A DNA stretch of 64,000 nt from Eledone cirrhosa (GCA_964016885.1 OZ024747.1:67208001-67272000); one strand, 5' to 3'; counted from the stretch's first letter, positions 37,869 to 54,871 are shown. A program made the numbers and translations. Notes: generated from the letters alone by a model not told the origin.

Positions 37869-39137
37869 AGTGCGTTATCAATAAAACAGGGAAAAAAACC
37901 ACCAGTGTATGGAATCTATAACCTATGAAAGGCAAACTATAGACACGATAATTGAAAAAATATAAATTAAAGCGTAAATAAATACCTCTATAACTATATA
38001 ACACACGTACAAATCCAAAGACACTAATCCAAAGATATGTTTCACCAATAATTTGTTGAAAGAAATGGGTTAGCCGCGGTTCATCAGCGTGTGTAAGGCC
38101 ATACATTTCAGACATCACTAAGAGAATTTTAAAATTGACTGTCCAGCTACACGTGGGAGAAAGAAGTCACAGCGTGTTTAAGGGCAGTGAACCAGTGGCC
38201 TCTGACGGACGAACTGCTAAAAAGGGCAGCCCAAAGCCACTCAGAGAAGTGTGCTCAACCAAACAGAGATAGGAAAGACTGTTATTAGGAGCGAAATATC
38301 ACGATAAATTAACGGAGGCATAGGCCCTCGCTATTTCCTGTAAATAATGTGCTCAAAGGAGAAGAAATCCTGAGCTCTTTAAAATACAATATGTTGAAAA
38401 GGTAACACACCAGAGAGAGATATACAGTGCGTTATCAATAAAACAGGGAAAAAAACCACCAGTGTATGGAATCTATAACCTATGAAAGGCAAACTATAGA
38501 CACGATAATTGAAAAAATATAAATTAAAGCGTAAATAAATACCTCTATAACTATATAACACACGTACAAATCCAAAGACACTAATCCAAAGATATGTTTC
38601 ACCAATAATTTGTTGAAAGAAATGGGTTAGCCGCGGTTCATCAGCGTGTGTAAGGCCATAAATTTCAGACAACACTAAGAGAATTTTAAAATTGACTGTC
38701 CAGCTACACGTGGGAGAGAGAAGTCATAGCGTGTTTAAGGGCAGTGAACCAGTGGCCTCTGACGGACGAACTGCTAGAAAGGGCAGCCCAAAGCCACTCA
38801 GAGAAGTGTGCTCAACCAAACAGAGATAGGAAAGACTGTTATTAATCTTTGGATTAGTGTCTTTGGATTTGTACGTGTGTTATATAGTTATAGAGGTATA
38901 TATTTACGCTTTAATTTATATTTTTAATTATCGTGTCTATCGTCTGCCTTTCATAGGTTATAGATTCCATACACTGGTGTTTTTTTCCCTGTTTTATTGA
39001 TAACGCACTGTATATCTCTCTCTGGTGTATTACCTTTTCAACATATTGTATTTTAAAGAGCTCAGGATTTCTTCTCGTTTGAGCACATTATTTACAGGGA
39101 ATAGCGAGGGCCTATGCCTCCGTTAATTTATCGTGAT
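37827..39137 (-). mobile_element. Non-coding 557-bp tandem unit (1.8 copies) plus inverted partial copy; degenerate hammerhead in each unit
   Basis: ATACAATATGTTGAAAAGG at 37827 and 38384; 38844-39137 inverts ~38296-38595; CTGATGA-ACC..GGT-GAAAC on the minus strand at 38001-38094 and 38558-38651. Confidence 0.7.
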
Positions 39138-39156
39138 ATATATATATATATATATA

Positions 39157-39372
39157 TTTCGTTTCTGAATTTGTTTAGCAAGATTCTTTATCTGAAAACG
39201 TGTGTTGAAACCGATATTGTTATACTTTGGGAGGGTCATGTTGCCAATAAGAAACACACGCACCAGTTTCTTTCACTTCAATTTATTATAAATTTATTAC
39301 AATAAATTGAAGTGAAAGCAACTGGTGCGTGTCTTTCTTATTGGCAACATGACCCTCCCAAAGTATAACAAT
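39157..39372. repeat. Penelope-associated terminal repeat with fold-back (also at 50795-50870, 52342-52378 and 52745-52872)
   Basis: TTGTTATACTTTGGGAGGGTCATGTTGCCAATAAG and its reverse complement; related pieces flank the Penelope remnant at 51177-52323. Confidence 0.6.
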
Positions 39373-39396
39373 ATATATATATACATATACATATAC

Positions 39397-39639
<243 letters not shown>

Positions 39640-39766
39640 TTATACTCCAAGATTGAACGGAATTCTTACAAACTTGTGGAGTTACCCCTAACCGTACGTT
39701 GAAACCATCCATGAAACTGGCTTTCTTAACCAAAAACTGGATCACAATAAGCAATTTTTTGCTTCT

Positions 39767-39827
<61 letters not shown>

Positions 39828-39914
39828 GGAAAAATTTGAACAGGGACAAAACAGAGAGGCAGTACAACGAATGTTTATTAATTTCACGCTCTGGAGAGTG
39901 GGGTGTTGGTGGGG

Positions 39915-39950
39915 GACTACGTTTCGGGCATAAGCCCTTCCTCAGGTGAG
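39915..39950 (-). ncRNA. Minimal hammerhead core; adjacent stem I pairing not evident
   Basis: CTGAGGA-A-GGGC TTAT GCCC-GAAAC GTA GTC. Confidence 0.55.
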
Positions 39951-40407
39951 AAGTGTGTGGGAACAGAGTTCAAAGGGTGTGTAGGGGAGTGGTGGAGAGA
40001 CATATAGCGAAAGGAAACGGTGCGAATGAAAAAATAAAAAAATAAAGATAAAAATAAAAATAAAGCATGATCAAAATACAATACATATATATACAATACA
40101 ATATATATATATACGTATATATATATATAAATATACGTTGTTGGTTCGTGAGTATTGGTATTGTTGGTGTTGGTGTTATTGATTGTATAAATGGTGGTAT
40201 GAGTGTGAGGATAACCATCATGTTCTGAAGATGAGTATATACTTTCTACACATTATACACATTACCTATATTATATATACTCCTCTATATATTTCGTAGA
40301 TAGACACTACAAGGTTTCAACAAGTGATGGTGGTAATTATATAGATGTGTTGAGTCTTGTCACTTCTATAACATAGAACATTACTGTTGCTTTAGAACGT
40401 GATGAAT

Positions 40408-40453
<46 letters not shown>

Positions 40454-41036
40454 ACACACACACACACACATACACATACACATACACACACGCGCACACG
40501 CGCGCGCGCATACACGCATACACATGCCACGCGCGCACACACATATACACACACACACACACGTACACGCACGCGCACATACACACACACACAGATGCAC
40601 TACACACACACACGCACACACATACACACGCACACATACACTCATACACACACATACACACATACACACACATACACACGCACACACACAACCCCCCCCC
40701 TCCAAACACACACACACAACCCGCCAGCACACACCCACACACGCACACATACACGCACACGTTTATATATATAGAGAGAGAGAGAGAGAAAGAGACGGAG
40801 ACGGAGGAGCACGCGTGACGGAGAGAGAGGGGGGGAGTGTGCCCGAGAAACACATATCTGCAGAAGACTCCTATGTTTATATCACACTTAGAATACCACT
40901 TGAAACAAAGATGAGAGTTTCCAACTTTGATTACACCTACAAAATTGATAAGGTTATATAGATAAATAGAGAGCTATATATGTATACATATATACATCTA
41001 TGTGTGTATGTATGCATATATATGCGTGTGTATGTA

Positions 41037-41110
<74 letters not shown>

Positions 41111-41165
41111 TATATATATATACACACATATATATATATATACACATATATATATATATATATAT

Positions 41166-41242
<77 letters not shown>

Positions 41243-41390
41243 GATTTTGAGTTGATGTTGGTTGTATACCAAGACCTCAGTATGCAGGCTGGAGCACTCG
41301 ACGAAGTGCGCAGGTTGGTTTGGTTACTCCGGAGTAGTGTAAAATAAAGTTAAATAAAAGTCAAATGATTAAAATTTAGCTTCGTTTATT

Positions 41391-41445
41391 ACTGCTATAT
41401 ATATTTCAGTGACAGCCATCTTTGGCTGTGACCTCTTCAGGCAGT
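41391..41445 (-). ncRNA. Minimal type I hammerhead ribozyme (left arm of fold-back 41340-41632)
   Basis: Reverse complement of 41526-41580. Confidence 0.85.
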
Positions 41446-41525
41446 TTGAATTAGTATGGTATAGAGTATTGACAATATTATACACCTAAACAACATATGT
41501 ACTTGTCTATACCATACTAATTCAA

Positions 41526-41580
41526 ACTGCCTGAAGAGGTCACAGCCAAAGATGGCTGTCACTGAAATATATATAGCAGT
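41526..41580 (+). ncRNA. Minimal type I hammerhead ribozyme with palindromic stem III
   Basis: ACTGC CTGAAGA GGTCACAGCCA AAGA TGGCTGTCACT GAAA TATATA TA GCAGT. Confidence 0.85.
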
Positions 41581-41712
41581 AATAAACGAAGCTAAATTTT
41601 AATCATTTGACTTTTATTTAACTTTATTTTATATACACACATATATATATATACACACATATATATATATACACACATATATATATATATATACACATAT
41701 ATATATATATAT

Positions 41713-41804
<92 letters not shown>

Positions 41805-41823
41805 ATATATATATATGTATATA

Positions 41824-41861
<38 letters not shown>

Positions 41862-41862
41862 C

Positions 41863-41931
<69 letters not shown>

Positions 41932-41969
41932 GGTGATAGATAGATATAGATATACATATACATATATAT

Positions 41970-42640
41970 ATGCTGGCTGCCCCCTCGTTATCGAGTATGG
42001 CCATTGAACGATATACCATTATTAATAATTATTAATTAATTCTATCGTGCAATGCCCCAGCGTGAAGATATTTTTTAAAGTGAGGAAAGACTGTGCACTG
42101 AGCCAATCCCACTCTTTGAGCGACAGTAGCTATAACCCGAAAAGAAGGAAGAAAAGATCAACATCATCGGTAACTACTGAGCCGCAGGTTTTATATCGGA
42201 ATTATCCCAGTTTCCTGAGTTGTCTTCTCCTAGAAGAATGCCCTGACAAAGGCTAGAGTCCTTCACTCCCAGTGGTTTAACCGCGCGGTATATGTGTATA
42301 TACACATTTACACACTTTTGAATGGCCGTTGACTCTTATGCGTTCTTCCGCCCTTTGTCAGGGTGTCCAAAATCACCCTCTGCACCAAGTAAACTCGGTG
42401 CGGTTGCCGGTTTAGTCGCCGACGACTCGACCATGCGACAGGTTGTACTGGGTTACATGTTACCAGTAGCACTCAAGACTGACCCGATATAATACATACA
42501 ATTATGTCGGGTCACTCTTGAGTGCTACTTCGTAACATGTAACCCAGTACAACCTGTCGCATGGTCGGGTTGTCGGCGACTAAACCGGCAACCCCACCAA
42601 GCTTACTTGGTGTGGAGGGTGATTTTGGACACCCTGCAGG
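41970..42640 (-). mobile_element. RTE-associated non-autonomous element with a diverged 5' fold-back (arms ~42358-42493 / 42501-42636)
   Basis: Inverted match with several mismatches; the same 5' sequence recurs at 43360-43480 in front of an RTE C-terminus. Confidence 0.55.
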
Positions 42641-42661
42641 ACAAAAAATACATATATATAT

Positions 42662-42751
<90 letters not shown>

Positions 42752-42771
42752 ATAGATATAGATATATAGAT

Positions 42772-43352
42772 ATGTGAGGGTGGGCTGAAAAGTTCATAAG
42801 CTGACTATGACGGAATGTTGCTAGAACTGTGGAATCTTGCTTGCATTAATTTCAAGTCTTATTGCTTCTTTCCAAGTATACTGACATCTAACTATTCAAA
42901 GATTTCAAATATATCGACATCACTTGAAACTGGACAACATTTGGCATCCTGGTGTTATCCAGTACCTGCAGAGAAGGAGTTTAGTTCCCAAGGTCATTCA
43001 TGCTGACCTGGTTATTACATTAGGAGATGTTGCCCCAGCTTTATCAACAGTTCAAAAGTGGGCAGCTGAATTAAGAAGAGGAACGGAGAGTGTTGAAGAT
43101 GACCCAGAGTTTGGACGAATAAAACATTTATCGTGTTCACCGAATGGTGACGGATGACAAGCGATAGACAATAAATCAAATAGTCAACGCTATTAGCATA
43201 TCCCGTGATATAGTTGGGAATATTCTTCATAATGAACTTGGCATGACGAAGGTTTCTGTTCGGTGGGTGACACGTCTTCTGATACCTTATCAAAAACGCA
43301 CCAGGCTAATCACATCACGGATAAATCTGACATTGTTTGAGGCAGATCCTGC
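42772..43352 (+). pseudogene. Degenerate mariner transposon 5' part
   Basis: TIR-like TGAGGGTGGGCTGAAAAGTTC; VIQYL..IHADL..TLGDVAPALSTVQKWAAELRRG.ESVEDDP and NELGMTKVSVRWVTRLL (WVPR-like); frameshifts. Confidence 0.8.
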
Positions 43353-43354
43353 TG

Positions 43355-43962
43355 GTTCTTGGGCGCTACCGGTAACATGTAATCCAGTACAACCCGTTGC
43401 ATGGTCGGGTCGTCGGCGACTAAACCGGCAACCCCACCGAGCTTGCTTGGTAAGGAAGGTGGTGTTTGGACACCCTGCGGAATGAAAAACAAAACTCGAC
43501 AAAGTGGAGACGTTTGATCAAGTCAGGAAGTGAATACTATGAAACTCGTCGAAGAGAACACATAACACTGAAAAGGAAGGTCAGAAAAGGGGACTGTTCT
43601 GAACTGCCTGCTGTTGAACAACATCTGGTTTGCCAACACTGTGGTCGAGTCTGCCTGAGCAAAGCTGGTTGGATTAGACATGAACAAAGTCATATCAGTA
43701 GACCTCGTGTAGATTATGATTTGAAAAGGTGTAAGGAATGTGGCAAGGAATGTGGTAGCATGGGAGGTCTTAAAAGACATATGAGAACACACAGTCAGAA
43801 CCAAGCAGTGGAAAGTCCCAGAGGAGCCTACAATTGCCATGAGTATGCCAGGGGGTGCAAGTCTTTGGCTGGTTTAAAGAGCCAGAGCCACATTCGTGCC
43901 TCACATTTTTGAACATTTTATCAAGCGATGGCAATGCTCGAACAAGAGTTTGTGACCATCAT
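43355..43962 (+). mobile_element. Internally deleted RTE-like element: 5' sequence fused to an ORF C-terminus with three C2H2-like fingers
   Basis: KWRRLIKSG..YE.RR....KRK.RK...CQHCGRVCLSKAGWIRH; CKECGKEC.S.GGLKRHMRTH. Confidence 0.6.
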
Positions 43963-44051
43963 ATGTATGTGTGTATATGTATATAAATATATATATATAT
44001 ATATATGTAGATAAATCTACATATCATTGTTTTATTCATTATTTTTTTAAT

Positions 44052-44094
<43 letters not shown>

Positions 44095-44117
44095 ATGTGT
44101 GTGTGTGTATTTATATA

Positions 44118-44350
44118 TAGGAAAATATTCAAGACCCCGACGGCAGAGCTCAAGCCGCTTCGACTGCTATTTCTGGACTAAATTAGATTTTTGAAAAATC
44201 TATTTTAGTTCAGAAATAGCCGTCGAAACGGCTTGAGCTCTGCCGTCGGGGTCTTGAACATTTTCCTATTACCCACTCTACTACCCAAAGTATTGAGTAC
44301 TTTGGTGTGCGTTATGGTCCACCTGGTTCCTAACCACACTTCCTTCGTTA
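44118..44350. repeat. Fold-back of the hammerhead-like family seen at 37492 and 53138
   Basis: GACCCCGACGGCAGAGCTCAAGCCG...CGGCTTGAGCTCTGCCGTCGGGGTC. Confidence 0.8.
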
Positions 44351-44806
44351 TATATATATATAAATATTGACACCAGCTTCTGATGCTAGACATAAATAAT
44401 TGAAAAGAGCAGTAAATGGCCAAGAATTACAAGTGAAGTTGATAAAATATTCATAAAGTATTTATAAGTAATCTCTGTTGTATTGTTTGGTTTTGTCGTT
44501 TAGTATTTGTCACCTTTATAAGACCCCTGGGAAAGACTGACGACATTGTGACGATTCCAGTTTCTATCCTTCGGGACGACATGGATGTGGTTAAGAATGA
44601 AAAAGAGCCGATCATGAGAGGCGAAATCTAAAACAACATAAACTGAGGCATATTTTATTGATTTCTTTGCAACCATGCCAAAAGCACAAGAAAAGGAAAG
44701 GAAAGGAAAAAGCTGAATATCATATCAACCCAAGGAAGTTATGTTCCATTGGTTTTTCCATTGCTAATATTACCTTCCGGTCGCAACTTCTGACAGATGA
44801 TGTATG

Positions 44807-44933
<127 letters not shown>

Positions 44934-44979
44934 AGTAAAAGCGAAGTAGTTTCAGATGTTCAAGTCCTTTAATAATAAT

Positions 44980-45053
44980 GCTGTGATATATATTTCAATG
45001 ACGACACTGGCCACACTGTTCTGTGTGCGAGTGTCGTGACATCATCAGACAGC
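44980..45053 (-). ncRNA. Type I hammerhead ribozyme, palindromic stem III
   Basis: GCTGT CTGATGA TGTCACGACACT..AGTGTCGTCATT GAAA TATATA TC ACAGC. Confidence 0.8.
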
Positions 45054-46254
45054 CTGTTACATAATAAGGTGGTTTCCGAGGCAATCCAAATTGAATCGAC
45101 ATGGGAACGGATGAAGTTCGTGCCTTTGGGTTTTTCATCCGTTCCCTTGTGAGTACCAATTCACCCCCACCGCTCTGCGCAAGCGCATATCCGAAGGAAG
45201 TTGACCATTAGCGCCGTAGATTTCAACGAAATTCGCTGTCAGTGACCCACCTATGCCTTGCCAAAGTTTACTGCTACCCATCGCTACTGTGGTAGTCAGC
45301 CGAAAGCCAGAGGGGATGGGAGGGTGTTAGTTTTTATAGGTCATAATACTACCTTTCACTAAGCGTTGACAGTAAGACTGACCATCAACTCATAAGGTAA
45401 AATAAACTAATTCTAGGTACTATGGTTTTACATAGTAAGTTAAGAGTGAGAGTTGGGAATAAAAATTAAAAGTTAAATCAAATATCAGAGATTATAAATT
45501 AAACAATAAAGAATTCAAAAATTCTAAATTCAAAAAGAATTTTTTCAAGTGATAATTCGGATTAAGTAAAGATATACATTGAAGTGAGTAAATAATATGG
45601 AGAGAGCTGTTTAAGTAATATGTTCTGGGAGGGATTCTAGTGTTACAGATATTGAACGGCAGTGCCGGACCTTATAGCGGAGGGCAAACCACATGATTCA
45701 AGGCATTGGTCAATCCGCTACACGGTCATACTTTCCATCACATGGAACAGAGTCAAAGAAAAACAGACAAAAAGTACACAAAAGAGAACACAAAAGAAAA
45801 GAAAAGAACAGAGACAATAGTGAATAAATGCAAAAACACAGAGTACATATATGTAAAATGATCCATATGATTGTCCATCTGTCCATGTATAGATTGAATT
45901 GAGGGGGGCCTCTGTTCAGAAGCGATTTGGTGCAGGAAAATAGGGGTTTATCTTATTTTTTGTTTCCGCGTATTTATCCTGCCGAAAGATACTATTACGC
46001 CCGTCCAGTGTCAGGGGTTTTTCATCCCCATGGTAGAGGGGATTTCCGGGGTAGCTCTTGGTTGGTTCCTCTCTTCTCCACCATATCGGTTACATCACAG
46101 AGCGCTCAACTAATCGGAGCTTAATTATTAGGGTAAACATTGATGCAATTCAATTCAAGCACTCAACGTACTTTTTCCACATAGGAGTGACGGAGTAAAT
46201 ATCGAATAAGTAAAAGCGAAGTAGTTTCAGATGTTCAAGTCCTTTAATAATAAT

Positions 46255-46328
46255 GCTGTGATATATATTTCAATGACGACACTGGCCACACTGTTCTGTG
46301 TGCGAGTGTCGTGACATCATCAGACAGC
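46255..46328 (-). ncRNA. Type I hammerhead ribozyme, second tandem copy
   Basis: Same sequence as 44980-45053. Confidence 0.8.
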
Positions 46329-47197
46329 CTGTTACATAATAAGGTTGTTTCCGAGGCAATCCAAATTGAATCGACATGGGAACGGATGAAGTTCGTGCCT
46401 TTGGGTTTTTCATCCGTTCACTTGTGAGTACCAATTCACCCCCACCGGTCTGCGCAAGCGCATGTCCGAAGGAAGTTGACCATTAGCACCGCAGATTTCA
46501 ACGAAATTCGCTGTCAGTGGCCCACCTATGCCTTGCCAAAGTTTACTGCTACCCATCGCTACTGTGGTAGTCAGCCGAAAGCCAGAGGGGATGGGAGGGT
46601 GTTAGTTTTTATAGGTCATAATACTACCTTTCACTAAGCGTTGACAGTAAAACTGACCATCAACTCATAAGGTAAAATAAACTTAATTCTAGGTACTATG
46701 GTTTTACATAGTAAGTTAAGAGTGAGAGTTGGGAATAAAAATTAAAAGTTAAATCAAATATCGGAGATTATAAATTAAACAATAAAGAATTCAAAAATTC
46801 TAAATTCAAAAAATCTTTTTCAAGTGATAATTCGGATTAAGTAAAGATATACATTGAAGTGAGTAAATAATATGGAGAGAGATGTTTAAGTAATATGTTC
46901 TGGGAGGGATTCTAGTGTTACAAATATTGAACGGCAGTGCCGGACCTTATAACGGAGGGCAAACCACGTGGTTCAAGGCATTGGTCAATCCGCTACACGG
47001 TCATACTTTCCATCACATGGAAATATATATCACATGGAAATATATATCACAGCATTATTATTAAAGGACTTGAACATCTGAAACTACTTCGCTTTTACTT
47101 ATTCGATATTTACTCCGTCACTCCTATGTGGAAAAAGTACGTTGAGTGCTTGAATTGAATTGCATCAATGTTTACCCTAATATATATATATATATAT

Positions 47198-47452
47198 CTA
47201 AGGCGGGTAAAATTCCCGAGATCCATGGATGAGTTCTCTCCAGCGGTCTCTGTCTCTCATTATCGCTGCCATGTCCTGCATCTCCAACAGACCAGTGTCT
47301 GTCCTTAGGGCATCAACATACGTTAACCTTGGTCTTCCTCTTCTAGTGTGTCCATGTAGGGGCTCCCAAAGGAGTACTGAGTGCAATGTGAACTCTGGAT
47401 GTCGGTGAGCATGTCCAGCTAACCTCAGTCTCCTCTGTGTCACTTTTGAGCT
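47198..47452 (-). pseudogene. RTE/RTEX-like LINE C-terminal fragment
   Basis: [16 protein letters not shown]...RGRP..TYVD.L..D....M.DRD.WR. Confidence 0.65.
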
Positions 47453-47621
47453 GAATATATATATATATTTATATATATATATATATTTATATATATTTAT
47501 ATATATATGTTATGGAATACTGTTAGCTTCTCGCTACAACAATTTCTATACTTTTCATTTATATATATTTATATATATATATATTTATATATATTTATAT
47601 ATATATATATTTATATATATA

Positions 47622-47715
<94 letters not shown>

Positions 47716-47719
<4 letters not shown>

Positions 47720-48570
47720 AGTTAATATAAATTAATATATGATAAACACCAATATAAACATATAAGCGTTTGTATTGTAAATTACCAAGTTAGCTAGATT
47801 GAAAAATACTAATTAGATTAATACAGTTTGCCTGTCTCGATTTAAAATAATAAATCAATAAAAACAAACCCATATTGGCAATAGCCGTGATACCTGGACA
47901 AATTTAAATTTCAAAATCCAAACCTGTTCCGCAGACAAATTTAAATTTCAAAACCCAAATAAGTTTCGCAACGATAATTTAAAAAAGTGAAAAATTCCAA
48001 TTCCTGTGGTCATCAACAGGTATCCAGAAATTAGCATGTTTCACCTCGAAATATTTTTGGAGGACTGGTAGTCAAGTGCTAACGCACGTCGTTTTCCAGC
48101 TCCTAGCTAGCCCCATACTCATGCTACTAGAAATAACAGCCTTCTATATGGGATTAAAATTTAGCTCAACAACAGGAGCCGTTAAATATTATATTTAGAG
48201 TTATAAACTCAAACAGTCTTTTACAATTAATTAGCTCAAAGAAAGAAGCATTTCTGAGCCGTGAAATACAAGTTAATATAAATTAATATATGATAAACAC
48301 CAATATAAACATATAAGCGTCTGTATTGTAAATGATCAAGTTAGCTAGATTGAAAAATACTAATTAGATTAATACAGTTTGCCTGTCTCGATTTAAAATA
48401 ATAAATCAATAAAAACAAACCCATATTGGTCATTTACAATACAAACGCTTATATGTTTATATTGGTGTTTATTATATATTAATTTATATTAACTTGTATT
48501 TCACGGCTCAGAAATGCTTCTTTCTTTGAGCTAATTAATTGTAAAAGACTGTTTGAGTTTATAACTCTAA

Positions 48571-48578
<8 letters not shown>
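47716..48578. mobile_element. Non-coding 551-bp tandem unit (1.3 copies) plus inverted partial copy between (TA)n
   Basis: TACAAGTTAATATAAATTAAT at 47716 and 48267; 48431-48578 inverts ~48187-48335; a diverged relative lies at 52420-52640. Confidence 0.7.
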
Positions 48579-48654
<76 letters not shown>

Positions 48655-48700
48655 TTAGAGTTATAAACTCAAACAGTCTTTTACAATTAATTAGCTCAAA

Positions 48701-49654
<954 letters not shown>

Positions 49655-49666
49655 ATATTTATATAT

Positions 49667-49820
49667 AAAACGCGTCCTCCGCTGTTTGTTGTTTTGAATA
49701 TCCAGATATTCAAAACAACAAACAGCGGAGGACGCGTTTTGCAGCTTTCCGACAGACAACCTTTCCCCCACCCCGGAAAAAACCCCCAGTTGATGGATGT
49801 GAATCCGAAATATATAGGGA
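49667..49820 (+). repeat. 74-bp palindrome followed by a degenerate hammerhead-like motif
   Basis: AAAACGCGTCCTCCGCTG...CAGCGGAGGACGCGTTTT; CCC CAGTTGA T GGAT GTGA ATCC GAAA TATA TA GGG. Confidence 0.55.
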
Positions 49821-50065
49821 CAATTAAATCTCTCCCAAGGTAACTCTCTCTCGTGTTGTTATTTTTATTTTATCCTTTATACTCTTTCCTTCATTCCTCT
49901 ACACGTCTTATACACGCCACTCATCTCAACGTACTCCCACTTACATCTCTCTCTCCACCACCGGATCTTGTTACCCGGAGATTTACCCATTTGCATTGTC
50001 GAGGCTTCCAAACGACTTAAAGATATTTACCTATTATTCCACGATGCTTCAAGCAAACTTCAATA

Positions 50066-50134
<69 letters not shown>

Positions 50135-50137
<3 letters not shown>

Positions 50138-50776
50138 GCGATGAAATACCCATGATCGTTTGGTAAATCACTGATGAGGGACTCATTTTATAACATGTTA
50201 TCCATGTGAAACCAGCAGTATTCTTCTCACCCATATTTTCATATATTTACCCAATCTGCAATTCTGTGTTTCTCTCTTTCTCTCTTACTGCTCCCTCGTT
50301 CTCTCTGTTTCTCTTACTTTCTTTCGTCCCCTCTGCCATGTCAGTTAACTCTTTCTCTCTACTGACCTCTTCCTCGCACTCCCACTCACTCTGTCCCTGT
50401 TTCTCCCCTTCTTTCTTCCTCCCGTTCGCTGGGAAAACGGTTTTCATTCTTTCTAACACCGGATTCACTAGCGAAAGGTCTGTTTTCTGACTCGCTCATA
50501 TATTCACACAGCTTATGCTGAAAGAATAACTATGTTGCTTGTGTTTATTTCCATCTTCGGTTAGCTTCCCCCTGTGTTGTTTACTTGTCTCACTCGCTTT
50601 ACGCGTTTCTATTGTCCTAATAACTTATTTTAGTTATTATCGCTCCAACGTGAGGTATATGATTTTTAATGCGATGAAATACCCATGATCGTTTGGTAAA
50701 TCACTGATGAGGGACTCATTTTATAACATGTTATCCATGTGCAACCAGCAGTATTCTTCTCACCCATATTTTCATA
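50135..50776 (+). mobile_element. 533-bp unit with ~110-bp direct terminal repeats carrying a degenerate hammerhead core
   Basis: AATGCGATGAAATACCC at 50135 and 50668; CTGATGA-GGGA..TCC..GAAAC. Confidence 0.55.
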
Positions 50777-51176
50777 TATATATATATATATATATATTGT
50801 TATACTTTGGGAGGGTCATGTTGCCAATAAGAAACACACGCACCAGTTGCTTTCACTTCAATTTATTATATATTTATAAATTTATAAATTTCTGGTTGGT
50901 TGGTTGGTTCCACAACCAGATAGTTGTTTAGATATAGTCATAGTTCTTTCGTCACACACTCTGTGACCTCTTCAGTGACTGGGGATTCCTTTCTTTGTTT
51001 CTGTGCCTCTCCTTTGTTCTGTCCTACGCCATTTTGTTTCTGTGTGTGTGTTGTGTGCTCAGTCTGCGCATGCGCCACATCCGGGTGTCTGTGTGTGTTT
51101 ATGTTCATTTATTTGCTTATTTACATGTTACTGGTTGGTTGTTTGTTCTATGTGTGTGTGTGTTTTCATTTTGTCC

Positions 51177-52323
51177 TTAATTGTAAGTTGTGATGTTGCT
51201 GTTCCACTGATATTTTCTATTTAATTTTGGTTGTAATTCTTTTATGTTTATTGCCTCTGTAATTTGTCTAAACATTGCGTCTTTTCTGTGTGTAGATTTT
51301 ATTTTTATTTCTATGTTCTCTAATTTACCCTTGTGTTCTATCTTAACATGTTGGTAGAGTACAGATGATTCTTTATTATCTTGAAGGTCTCGCCAGTGTT
51401 CATTTATCCGTTCCCCTACACTACGAGCTGTCTCACCTATGTACACTATATTTTTGTCTCTACATTGTCCTTCAGTACATCTTATGCTATACACTACATT
51501 TCTAGTTTTACAGTTAATATGGGGGCTTATTTTACAGGTTATACATTTCTTATCTATACATGAGGGTCTTTGAAAAGGGTATGTCTTGCTAATAAGTGTT
51601 TTTACGGAGGTACCTGGTCTTTCTATTATCTTAATATTGAGTTTATGTTTATTTAGGGCCCTTCTAAATTTGTAAGCTAATTCACCTCTAGGGGTTGTAT
51701 TGATGAACGTTACACTCTGGTATTTATTGCTATCATACCATGAGTTTATTCTATTAGCCTTGTTCCTAGTTCTTTCTATTCTATTCCATCCAAAATTTGC
51801 TCCTATACAAGGGGCAGGTCCCATTTATGTCATTATTTACCATTTTTTCCCATTTGGTTCTGGCTCCTCTATACACTCTGATTTTATCTCTCTGATTGTA
51901 GCCAGAGAACTGCATACGGTGGATGAAGTGTTGTATGTGTCTCTCTAGTTCTTCGGGGTTGCACATGCGGGACACATTTCTCATCACCCGTACCAAATCC
52001 GCAATCAGTATGTTGATTTTGGTATGGTCCGAAATGGCCGAGTTTCGGTGGATCAGATGTTTGGAAGTCATGGGTTTGGCATAATGCGAATGGAGGATTT
52101 GTTTTTTGTTGTTAATGGTATCTAACCAGAGCTCTGTGTCTAGTACAGGTAATCGATGGTTGGGGTGTCTACTTGGGTAGTCTATAGTAACTCTAATGCT
52201 CTGGTGGATGGAGTTTGCTATTTGTTGGATGCTTTCCATTGTGTTTTTCTCTAGTTCCTGACTGTTCTCTAGTGGGGGTGTCTTAACTACGATGTTTATA
52301 TCATCTACGTAGCGGGAGTACAT
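51177..52323 (-). pseudogene. 5'-truncated, frameshifted Penelope-like element (RT C-terminal half + GIY-YIG); different family from the Naiad-like pair
   Basis: RYVDD, LPVLD, YAKPM; NVVYSIRC..C..YIGETARSVGERINEH, RQITEA..I..PKLN; frame change near 51800. Confidence 0.85.
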
Positions 52324-52375
52324 TATCAGGGTTAAGGGGTCTTCTAAAGAATCTTGCTAAACAAATTCAGAAACG

Positions 52376-52410
<35 letters not shown>

Positions 52411-52661
52411 TAAATAGCTTAGAGTTTAGACTCAAAGAGGTCATTTACAATCATTTCAGCTCTAGGAATCGCTTCTGAGCAGTATAAATTAATATTTGAT
52501 GAACATTTACATGTTATAGTTGCAATTGACTAATAAGATCGCTAGAGTAAAAAATCTTAATTCAACAACATAAGGTCTGCCTGTACGATCTAGAAAATAA
52601 TAAATCAATACTCACAGACTCATATGGGCAAAAAGCCATTTATATATATATATAAGCCATT

Positions 52662-52692
<31 letters not shown>

Positions 52693-52920
52693 TTATATAT
52701 ATATATATATTTATAAATTCCTAAATTTATAAATTTATTATACTCAATTGAAGTGAAAGCAACTGGTGCGTGTGTTTCTTATTGGCAACATGACCCTCCC
52801 AAAGTATAACAATATCGGTTTCAACACACGTTTTCAGATAAAGAATCTTGCTAAACAAATTCAGAAACGAAATATATATATATATATTTATATATATATA
52901 TATTTATATATATATATATT

Positions 52921-54634
<1,714 letters not shown>

Positions 54635-54647
54635 ATATATATATATT

Positions 54648-54680
<33 letters not shown>

Positions 54681-54727
54681 ATTATTAGATCTCAGATATA
54701 AAGGACAGCGAGATATATATACATATA

Positions 54728-54770
<43 letters not shown>

Positions 54771-54771
54771 T

Positions 54772-54823
<52 letters not shown>

Positions 54824-54839
54824 AATATTTATATATATG

Positions 54840-54871
<32 letters not shown>

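Noticed and set aside
37181-38843. CRISPR-like repeat-spacer array
   Set aside because: Only two copies per repeat, long units, eukaryotic context and no cas genes
39190-39225. Possible hammerhead CTGAAAAC..GTTGAAAC
   Set aside because: Core incomplete and stems I and III unconvincing
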